Assembly: GCF_008831285.2 (NCBI RefSeq)
Contig: NC_045138.2
Coordinates: 30,380,001 to 30,444,000 of the forward strand
From: Nymphaea colorata
Lineage: Eukaryota
Reading direction: 5' to 3'
DNA length: 64,000 nucleotides
The notes under the pieces were generated by a model. It did no database searches, was not told the DNA's origin, and saw only the letters and a list, made by a program, of their open reading frames with translations. The position numbers were made by a program, and so were the translations under genes. Numbering within the stretch: position 1 is the stretch's first letter; each line of letters begins with the position of its first letter. Below are positions 37,338-48,700 of this stretch, piece by piece.

Positions 37338-40300
37338 ATGGAGAAGCAACCAGACCTCCCAACTCACACAGTGCAGGCAGTGCCACGGATTTGGTTCAAT
37401 CGTTTCCATGCTGCAGTGTATAGCTGTGCACTCTTTGCCTTCTTCTATCACAGGCTTCTCTCCCTACTGCAAGCCACAACGCTGCTCTCCTTCACCTCCT
37501 TCCTCTTACTCACCCTTGCCGACCTTGTCTTCTCCCTCATGTGGGTATTGTCCCAGGCCTTCCGCTGGACTCCGGTGCGGCGCCGCGCCTTCCCGGACAA
37601 CCTCCGGACCAAGCTCCCCGAGGCCGAGCTCCCGGCTCTCGACGTCTTCATATGCACCGCGGACCCCCTCAGGGAGCCGCCTATCGACGTCGCGAACACG
37701 GCCTTGTCGGCCATGGCATTCGACTATCCGACCGACAAGATGTCGGTATACGTCTCCGACGATGGCGGGTCGAAGCTCACGCTCTTGGCTTTCATGGAGG
37801 CGGCGAGGTTCGCCAAGAAGTGGGTTTCCTTCTGCAGGGAGCATAAGATAAGGGAGAGGAACCCGCAGGCTTACTTCACTAGCGCCAGCAACGGCGAGTA
37901 CATGGTCGAAGGGTGGAGGGAAATGAAGGTAGGTGCGAGTGTTGCGGTTATGTGTTTCTTCCTGAATCGTTATGCATGGTTGTTTGGTAGCCGAGCTCCG
38001 TCGACGGCCATGGCCTTCTGCAGTCGGCACCTGTCTGAATGGATAAAATTTCATTGCATAAGTTACCAATATGGCCTGCTGCTGTCATCCGCTCAACAAA
38101 CCGCCATGTTAATTTTCAACCCAGATCAGATTGATTGACTGCTCTCTCCTCTCTCTGTGAAATCTTTTGGTTGTTTCTGTTTAACGTTTCGAATCCAGGA
38201 ATCTTTTGGTAATTTGGTTGTTTCCGTTCAATGTTTCAAATCTGAAAACTGATCATTGCTAGTTTTCTGGATTATGAAAGGATATGTATGAGGAAATGAA
38301 AGAGAGGGTGGAGAGTGCAGTGGAAAGAGGGGACGTCAACGAGGATCAAGTCATCCACGAGCATGATCTTACGGCTTTTCAGAAGTGGACGCCTGGCTTT
38401 TGTCGTAAGAACCATCCAACAGTTATAGAGGTTCTCTCTCTTACTTTTATGCTTGGTGTCCATGCGAATCGTATTTGACTTGGTGTTCTTTTCTATATTT
38501 TATTTGGTAAAATTATTGGGATTAAGAAACTTTGTCGTTTGCTGGAGGCACTATTAACTTGGTGCCTCTTGAACTACCCATGAGCCACTGGCCCAACCCA
38601 CTGTAAAGAAATAATTTTTTGGGCCTTTTAATTTTTTTTATTGAAAGATACTCTTTTGATTGTTATCATTACACACCTTGGCTCAATTTTTATTGTTCCC
38701 AACGATACATATAACCTTGATATTTTACCTTCTCTAGGTGCAACTCATGACATTGATTTCTCTCTCTCTAAGGCGTACATAGCGCATCGTGAATACTATA
38801 GTTCTTTAATCCATGATAATTACATGTCACATGCAAAATCCTACAATGAAGGCTAAGAAAAATGAATATTCCTTAAGGGATCCTGTGTGTATTATTTTGA
38901 TGCAATCTACAAACTCAAAAGCGGTGGCCTCCCAAATCTCATAAAAATAATATTCTAAACATAGGTCTTTGGTGGGCCGGCAAGTAAGCCAATAAGGTGG
39001 GCCCATGTCTGAGCCCAGCCTTTGGGAACTCCAGAGTGTTGGGAAACCAAATGTTCGAGGCATCAACACTCTATCATCTATACCTGACACACAAGTCACA
39101 ATGTGGCAACAAAAAGCATACCCATTCGTCCGGTACGCGGTACCCAGGTACTCAATCCAACTCGAACCCAACCCCAGAAAAAATGAACTCAAGCCAACTC
39201 GATAATTTATCCCGTTGGCTCGATAAACCCCGGTGAGCCTCATAATGAGTTTTTTAACTTTTCTTATTAATTTTTATATATATTTATAATATCTTATTAT
39301 GATTAATTATATTTATATAATTTCTTATTTAAAAAATATTTTTAAATGTCATCGAGTCAGGCTCAGGTTTTCGAGTCGGGTCAAGCCCGAGCTTAGGTTT
39401 TGGATGTCGACCCAGCCCAACTCATTATTGGGCAGGGCCGGCCTGATGCCAGACTTAAGCACTTTAAGCGGATGAGGAGTTGAGTGGAGACTTCAACCTT
39501 TTGCCGAGTAGTGAAAGACCCTCCTTTCTTCGGAAAATGAACTTATAGAGGGACGAAAGTCAGTGGTCTCAATATATTGAATTATCATTTACCCAATCAC
39601 ATTACTAGATCACCAAAACATCCATTTCAAGCACGCTTGGATAACATCAAAGCTGGATTTTACTAAAACTCAGTTTTTAACTGAGCCGAGTTCTTGTAAG
39701 GGACTAGAAAAACTTAGCTTCCCCCCAGCTTTTCAAACAAAACTTATTTTTTTGCTTCAAATTTAGTTTTTCTATTGTCATCCAAACACTCAAACTAAGT
39801 TTTAAAAATTGGGTCGTCACAAACTTGGTTTTCACAAAACCAAGTTTTTTTTACGTTTCATCGAATCACCTCGAAAAGGTTGAAAACAAAAAAGCACCAT
39901 CTCTATAAGATTAAAATGCCATTCATTCAAGCTAAGTGATAGTGAACATTCGAATGAAGCTCATTTTCTTGTTATTGTAACAGTGGATTATTTTTCTGGC
40001 TTTTATTGATATACCTACCATTCCTTTTCATGTTAAATTCTTTATTGGGCATTCATGGCGTGCATCTTTCTGGGGCCAACCATACACATTGCAAGTGATT
40101 TGGTTTCATATCAACAGAACGGCATTGATGTGAGATCTCCTAAAGAGTGCAAGCTTGGCTTGCTTCGCATCGCAAAGCGCAAGCCCTTGACCTTTCCGTC
40201 ATAAAGTGTCCGGTCCTTTGTTCTTGATGAGGTATTGCGGACCTACAAACACTACCAAACAAACAACTTTCACTGGTCGGCAGAAATCAAACCGTCAATA

Positions 40301-41370
40301 AATAAATTGCACCGACGACCTGCCAACTTTCACCGCCGGTCACTTGTTAAATTCCAAGTGCAAAAGCACTGGATCTAGGTCAGCTAAATATGTAAGAAAT
40401 TATTTATTCAGTAATGTGAAGAGACAAAAATAACAAACATAACAATACAACTTATAGTGCTACTATTTGGAAAGACAAATATTTGCTTTTATCATTTGTG
40501 AAAGTAATCTATTTCAGAACTTAATGTTGGGCAGGTGTTGTTAGCAGCAGACAAGGACGTGGATGCCACGGGCCATGCCATGCCAAACCTTGTATATTTG
40601 TCCAGAGAAAAGCGCGTGACTTCTCATCACAATTTCAAAGCTGGAGCCCTGAACACATTGGTAAGTGGAAAATTGAAAAATTAAGGATGTTGATGGTGAT
40701 GATGATGAGTATGACCATGACGATGTTGGTTTAGGCCATCTTGATGGTTATGATGGAAAAATTGTTTCGTCAATACAATACTAACTGATGATGATGATTG
40801 TTACATCATACCACGAAACCATTGTTCACACCATCAATCATGGTCGTCTCTTGCTGAATTCTGAATCTCAAATGCAACAATAAACTATTTGACATGGAGC
40901 ATCTGTTGTGTGAAGCTAAGGGTATCATCGGTGATGAGTAACGCTCCCATACTATTGAACCTAGACTGTGACATGTACTCGAATGATCCGGCGGCACCAT
41001 ACAGAGCTCTGTGCTTCTTGCTGGATCCAGTTTTAAGCACCAATCTGGCTTTTGTTCAGTTCCCTCAGATCTTTCCTGGGATCAACAAGAATGACATCTA
41101 CAACAATGAGTACAAGCGCCTGTTTCAGATCAACCCATTGGGTATGGATGGTTCAGGAGGCCCAAACTATGTCGGCACCGGTTGTTTTTTCCGGCGTCGA
41201 GCTTTTGCAGGCAAGCCTTCATTGAAACCACATCCAGAAATCATACTGGAGGGATCCTCCACGAACAATGGAGGAAGAGAGCCTATTTGGTCACAGACAA
41301 CTTTAGAAGCAGCTCATCGTGTTGCAGGATGCAATTACGAGCAGGGGACTGAGTGGGGCTCCTCAGTAAG

Positions 41371-41420
<50 letters not shown>

Positions 41421-42530
41421 AAACAACTACCGGTAAAATTAAGATAAATTTAAGTTTTGGGGGTCATGTTGCAGATTGGGTACAGGTATGGATCGTTGGT
41501 GGAGGACTTTTACACGGGATATATGCTTCTCTGTGAAGGGTGGCGGTCGGTGTTTTACAGTCCGGCGGAGCCGTCATTCGTGGCCGACTTTCCGATGGCC
41601 CTCAACGACCTGTTATGCCAATGCAAGAGGTGGGCGGTGGGGCTGCTGGAGGTGTCCTTCTCCTGCTTTAGGTGCCCACTTACCTTTGGGCTCCGCCACT
41701 CTGCCTCTCTCATTGCCGCCATGTCCTACGCCCACTACTCCTTTTGGCCCCTGTGGTGCATACCTCTCACCATTTATGCTCTCCTCCCCCAGTTCACTCT
41801 CCTCCTTGGTCTTCCCATCTTTCCCAAGGTTCTCTCTCTCGCTTATATATAGTTTTTTCATCTTGATCAAATCACCATATGTCATTTCTAGTAATATGTT
41901 TTGATCAATTTAAAGAACTTAAGTGGCTATTATGCACAACTTGTGTGCAAATTCAAAACTAATGTGAACTGTTACTTGTAGGCAACTGATCCATGGATTT
42001 TCCTCTATGTATATCTCTTTCTTGCCTCCTATGGCCAAGACATGCTCGACTACATCATGGAAGGTGGCACGTTGGCCAGGTGGTGGAATGAGCAGAGGAT
42101 GTGGATGATCAAAGGGGTCTCCTCTTTCCTCTTTGGCCTTGTTGAGTTCTTGCTGCAACACATGGGCATATTCAGGTCAGGATTTGACATAACTAGCAAG
42201 GTTGCAGATGATCAGACTGCTAAGAGGTACAGGCAAGGTGTCTTCGAGTTTGGCGTCACTTCGCAGATGTTCTTCACCATCTCTGCTGCTGCTGTCATCA
42301 GTTTGGTGGCACTGGTAGTTGGTGCAGTTAGGGCAATGCTGCAGGGAGGTGGGGACGAGATGGCAGTCCAGTTGTTCATCTCTGGCTTTGTTGTGGTGAA
42401 CTCTTGGCCTGTGTATGAGGGGATGGTGCTTAGGAGCGACGGTGGAAGGATGCCCAAGAGGATCACATTGTTCGCCGGGTTGGTCGGCTATGCCTTCTTC
42501 TTAATGGCAGAGCTTGCTAAGGAAAACTAG
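37338..42530 (+). CDS. CSLG: Cellulose synthase-like protein G (GT2), copy 1, 739 aa
   Basis: Exons 37338-37928, 38281-38430, 40535-40660, 40916-41365, 41475-41828 and 41982-42530 total 2220 nt, all phase 0. Motifs: LDVFICTADP, VSDDGGS, FKAGALN, LDCDMYSND, YGSLVED, QCKRW, WWNEQRMW and the C-terminal TM helices ending RSDGGRMP. Confidence 0.92.
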
Positions 42531-42739
42531 TGTCGTGCAAGAGAGAGCGAGAGAACATGAAATCCTCTATTTGTAGGCCTTTTCTGTTGCAGTATTATAA
42601 TAAAAGCAAAGCAACAGCGTGGTTATTGACTAATATCTCTCCCTCTCTCGCTTTTGATAAAGTTTGCTTATATAGTACTGATGGACATAACTTAACGGCT
42701 CAAAACTGGTTGTAAAGCTCTTATATTCCAACTTGAAGG

Positions 42740-44575
42740 ATACGGCTGCTTGATGAAAGCAATACGGTACAACAAGGCAAAAAACTTAGGCATAAAACAC
42801 ATTTACTGGAATCAGCACACAGGATGCAAAACCAGTGATTTGTTCAAAGTGGGTACTCAATGTAAGGAGATTCTACCATATTATTTGATTCTTTCCCATG
42901 TATAAAATAGTTAGATATACAATGCCGTATATAAATGTCTCACAAGAGTAGGAGAATTATAGATAACAGAAAATTTTCCGCTAGCTCCTGCGGTTCTCCT
43001 CCTCTTTTCTGCTTTCCCTGTTTTGCTTCACATTACTCTGTTTTGCTGCTCTGTTTCCAGATTTTTGCTCAATCATTCCAAAGTTGTGCCAGTTCCTGCA
43101 CTTATTCCTTCCTAACAATCAAATCGTAAAAAACTCACATATGAAAAGAACTAAACGAAATGCCTAAGTCCATGGGTGAAAGCATGTCTAATGCACAGAT
43201 GGAGCACAATGATCATCTAAAGGCTGGCCACCACCACGACCGAAGGGATCCGAGGTTGCCCTTCGGTGGCACATTTCCGGCTAACGTGTTGGTGTTTCCT
43301 ACAGCAAAACCGACAGTTAGGCCGAGCTGCTGCCACCATTATAGCTATAAGCAGAAACATTTCCCAAAATGTAGAGGACCAGAAAGAGGGGAAGGGTTCT
43401 TGCAACTCACCGGTAATGGAACCAACAATGATAAGGCGCTAGGTCAGGCAAGAAGGAAATGGCCGAGGTCGCTTGTCCCAATGCCCAGTTCAAAGCCTGC
43501 CGGAGCAGGTTTTGTGAAACACACTCCACGAAACCCCACCTGCCTCCGGCCCTGCTGCAATGCAAGGGAAGGTGTAATAAGAGAAAGAGAGCACCCAACG
43601 ACTCATCTCACAAGGGGAAGAAGAAGGAGGGCGCCTTGCTGCTCATGCAGTTGGTGATGGAGGTTTCACCAGCATCCAGCCACCAGGTGGAAGTTACCTA
43701 GGTATGTCAGTTTTTACCCTGGTAACTTTCAACCAAAACGACCCGATTTCATAGGGTATTTTTTCCGGCGTTTGTTGGAGGTTGGAAAATCTACTGTGTT
43801 TCACCCGGTTATCAAACGCCCCCTCATGCATATGTTTGAAAATTTATAATGGGCAAACACCCAAAAAAAGCTCAATGATAGAAATTACATGGCTTCCTGC
43901 TACAATGGTGGAAAACCTTAACCAAGAAAACTTATCCCTGCATGGAAGCTGAACAAGCTTCCTGAATAATTTCCCAGACTTGCATTACAAAGAGACGAGA
44001 TTCTAGGAGAATTTGTGTGGTAGTGACTAAGATTGCTGATGTTTTGAATATAGCATGATACCATTAGCAAAAACAGTAGTAGCACTACATTCTGAGACAG
44101 GAGTTGAACAAATTTATGTCACCTGTGTGGTTGCATTTGGTTGGAGGCGTCTATGCACACAAACAGAAGGAAAACAAATTCGAAACATGCCCTAACCAAA
44201 CTTGTTGACATATACCAGTAGGCCATGAATTCTACATCGATCAATTGCTTTGAAAGAGTCTAGTAAAAGACAGATGTCCTCAAACAGGATTGTCTCACTT
44301 CTTGTTTATGCTTTTGTTATATAACATTTCTAAATTTTTGTTTGCTTTTTGATATATAAAGTGGTGCATCTTCACAGACATATATATAATATTAGATAAA
44401 TATATGGTAGTACACATGTATGTATGTACATATGTATCTACTTACATTGCACCAACACCAATTTTTTCCGATGCACCCACAGCTATCAGACAGATTCAGA
44501 GTGCCTAACTACAGTTTAGAACCTAGACAGCCAACATAAATGGGAAAAGCAGAGAATATCAAATTACTAAGTTTA
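42740..44575 (-). pseudogene. Non-coding remnant of the RRM gene 3' end, copied with the CslG duplication and interrupted by unrelated DNA at about 42790-43880
   Basis: 42747-42789 matches 55256-55299 (CTGCTTGATGAAAGCAATACGGTACAACAAGGCA). 43910-44575 is colinear with pieces of RRM intron 5 at 56665-57779. Confidence 0.8.
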
Positions 44576-45076
44576 AATAGTTCGTTGTGATGACTGCTTT
44601 CTAGTGACTATAAGTTTCAATCGAGCAATATCTAGCATCTGTCTAATTTAAATTTTAAACTCAATAATTGATGTCAGATGTCAAATAATTGTTAAATGGG
44701 TAAAAATTTAAAATTTTGTCAAGTAAACGACTATAAAACATCTCTAAAATCACATTGAACAGTCTATCAAGCCATAAATTATTGTTAATACGGACAAACA
44801 TTTCAATTTTAGCCATCTGACAATATCTATTAACTGTATCTATTAACTGATGATCGCAAATATGGATGGTGAAAGTTGTCTTGTCCCCACACTAACAATC
44901 TTCTCATTTTATCGATGATCACATTCCCATGGGAAATCTAATGCTTCACATTTTTAAGCTACATTACATATATGCCATCTAGCCTCAAGTGGGGCCTATT
45001 ACGTGTACCCATAGGAGTATGTAATGACCAAAATACTTTTGATAAAGTGACAAGAAGAGTTTTGAAAAAGGATAAA

Positions 45077-45083
<7 letters not shown>

Positions 45084-45124
<41 letters not shown>
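45084..45124. repeat. (TA)n microsatellite
   Basis: Read directly from the sequence. Confidence 0.95.
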
Positions 45125-45129
<5 letters not shown>

Positions 45130-45757
45130 AAAGTACACCTCATGATAAAAAAATTTTCCTTTTATTTTGTTGCGTGCCAACTCGATCTATTCTCATAACA
45201 TCTTAAATCACACATGTTTTTTTGCAGTTTTGAAAAAACATATAACAAAAATACAGGTAGAGACTTTAATTCATATAGCTAGTCTCTACTCAACAACACA
45301 CCAAATTAATTCCTTCCAAGTGCAAGAAACTAAACGAAATTTCTTGTTTTATTCCGATAAAGAATCTTCAAATTTTATCATGGGAATAAGTTTCAAAAGG
45401 AGAGAAACTTATGAAATATATTACCTATAAATCTTTTGCATATCAATGGATGCATGATTGGTCACCGGGAGCTGCTGACACATATGGTCCCTTCGCTCCC
45501 TGAGGGACCAATCCCCTGCTTTCATTCTCAGATCCAAATAGTCGCTCCAAGATTCAGATCCAGATTCAAACAAACATCATCCTGTCTTATCTTCTTGGCC
45601 ATACCCCAATCATTCGGGCTGCGGAGGGCTAGACTAGAAAGTTGCACCCATGACTCACCTCTTTCTCATTCTCTCTCTAGACAACATCTATATATATAAA
45701 CAAGAGCATCCAGCCATGGCGGCTTGTAGAATTCTCTCTGTCTGAGTTGAGTTGAAA

Positions 45758-48700
45758 ATGGAGAAGCAACCAGGCCTCCCAACTCACACAGTGCAGGCAG
45801 TGCCACGGATTTGGTTCAATCGTTTCCATGCTGCAGTGTATAGCTGTGCACTCTTTGCCTTCTTCTATCACAGGCTTCTCTCCCTACTGCAAGCCACAAC
45901 GCTGCTCTCCTTCACCTCCTTCCTCTTACTCACCCTTGCCGACCTTGTCTTCTCCCTCATGTGGGTATTGTCCCAGGCCTTCCGCTGGACTCCGGTGCGA
46001 CGGCGCGCCTTCCCGGACAACCTCCGGAACAAGCTCCCCGAGGCCGAGCTCCCGGCTCTCGACGTCTTCATATGCACCGCGGACCCCCTCAGGGAGCCGC
46101 CTATCGATGTCGCGAACACGGCCTTGTCGGCCATGGCGTTCGACTATCCGGCCGATAAGATATCGGTTTACGTCTCCGACGACGGTGGGTCGAAGCTTAC
46201 GCTCTTGGCTTTCATAGAGGCGGCGAGGTTCGCCAAGAAGTGGGTTCCCTTCTGCAAGGAGCATAAGATAAGGGAGAGGAACCCGCAGGCTTACTTCACT
46301 AGTGCCAGCAACGGAGGGTACATGGTCGAAGGGTGGAGGGAAATGAAGGTAGGTGCGAGTGTTGCTGTTATGTGTTTCTTCCTGAATCGTTATGCATGGT
46401 TGTTTGGTAGCGGAGCTCCGTCGACGGCCATGGCCTTCTGCAGTCGGCATCTGTCTGAATGGACAAAATTTCATTTCATAAGTTACCAATATGGCCTGCT
46501 GCTGTCATCTGCTCAACAGACCGCCACGTTAATTTTCTACCCAGATCAGATCTACTGCTCTCTGTGAAATATTTTGGTTGTTTCTGTTTAGTGTTTCGAA
46601 TCCAGGAATCTTTTGGTAATTTGGTTGTTTCTGTTTAATGTTTCAAATCTAAAAACTGATAATTGCTAGTTTTCTGGATTATGAAAGGATATGTATGAGG
46701 AGATGAAAGAGAGGGTGGAGAGTGCAGTGGAAAGAGGGGACGTCAACGAGGATCAAGTCATCCACGAGGAAAATCTTATGGCTTTTCAGAAGTGGACGCC
46801 TGGCTTTTCTCGTAGGAACCATCCAACAGTTATAGAGGTTCTTTCCATCTCTCTCTCTCTCGCTCTTTTGCATGTTTGATGTCAATGTTGTGATTATATT
46901 TCACTTGGTATTTTTTCCTATACTTTATTTTGTGAAATAGTTGGGATTACGAGACTTAGTTCGATGCATAAAAGCCCTAACGCTTTTCCTCTGCCCTTAT
47001 AATTCTGTTTTACTTTGAGTTTCAGAAGCTCAAGCTAAACTCAAAAAGTTTGAACTCGATCTATAAAATAAGTTCAACTCGACTATACAATTTCAGTTTG
47101 ATCTCGAACTTGCTTAACTCATTTTTCTGTTTTTTTTTTCTTTGAACTCATTTAACTCGTCAAGTCATTTGCTCATTTAACTAATTCAATTATAATGAAC
47201 CGGTTTTACGTATTGTAATTGACCCAACTTTAAACAAGTTGAGTTTTTAAAACTCGAACTCGTCTCATTTAACATTTTGAGTATACATTTAAACTTGAGC
47301 TTAACTTATCGAGTTTTTTCGAGTGACTTTGAGTCAAGCCTCGACTCGTTGTACCGCCCTAAGAGCCACCCTACCATCCATCCACTCACCGAACCAATTG
47401 CACACACTTTTTGAGAGTGAGTTGAGTGCATCGTGATGTTTTGCAATATGTAGAAAAAAAAAGATTGGAAAGGTGGAGTTATTTGATGTTTTTTAAAAAA
47501 TAAATATGTTTTTGAAAACTTTTAATTTTATCCTACCTCGAATTCCTATTTTTACTAAGAGTATTCTGATCATTACACCCTTATACACTAACTTTTTTGT
47601 AGCAGCCGGTGCATGTAGCCGACTTGGCTCCTGAAAAATATTTTTCATAGCATATTTAGTATGTAACTTTGTATAACTTATAAGCCATTGCACAAAAAAC
47701 TTGAATTTTTACAAAGTATAAGTGCAACTCAAAACATTGATTTCTCTCTCTAAGACATACATAGCGCGTCGTGAATACTAGAATTATTTAATCCATAATA
47801 AACACATGCTTTATGCAAAATCGTATAATGAAGGCCTAAGAAAAATGAATATCCTTTAAGGGATCCTACGCGTATTAATTTGATGCAATATTCTTCACGC
47901 AAAAGAAGCCGGGCACCGGAAAAGGTCAAATGCGGTGGGCTCCTAGATATGATATGATGATAATATAATATATTGTAAAACATGGGAATCGAGAAGCCGT
48001 GTCCATCAAAATATATGGGTCCCCAAGCAAGCCAATAAGTTGGGCCCATGTTTGAACCCAGCTTTTTTCGTAGGACGGCCATTGAATTCGATACCGGATT
48101 CAAAGTGAACAGTACAAAAGGATTAGGATTATGGACATGAAAGAACTTTGTTTATGAAAAATGACTGAGACTTACTCAATAAATAGGGATGCCAATATAT
48201 CTCATTTGTACAAGGCATTCGATCGAATCATTCTGAAAAATCACAACTAAAAAATTGAATCGGATTTGAATGTAAGAAATGACATGTGATCATATTGGAA
48301 ATCCAATTTGGAATCAAACCTTTATAATTGGATTCAGATCGGATTTAGTTTAAATAAATATCATATATCCAATGTTGTTCTTACCTTTTGAACATTCACT
48401 GGATGCAGTTCAAAATTCGGATATGAATGTAAAAGTAAGATTTAGATTGTGAACAATTCTGAATTCTGATTTGGATGTGGCTTTTTTTCATTCGTGTTTG
48501 AATCAAAATTTGAATCTGAGTATGAAAATATTGGAAAAAACAGATATAGTTAAAGTATATCTTACTTGAATCCTATTCATCGACATCCATATCAACAAAC
48601 AATTAACTGAACCCGCCATCTTCAAATTAAGGGGGTGTTTGAAGGACACCCCAAAACTCATTTTTTTAAGGTAAAAGATGACTTTGCTTTCAAACTAAAC

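Noticed and set aside
37506..38069. 187-aa antisense ORFs conserved in both CslG copies (also 45926-46489)
   Set aside because: Explained by the GC-rich sense codons and the near-identity of the duplicated exon.
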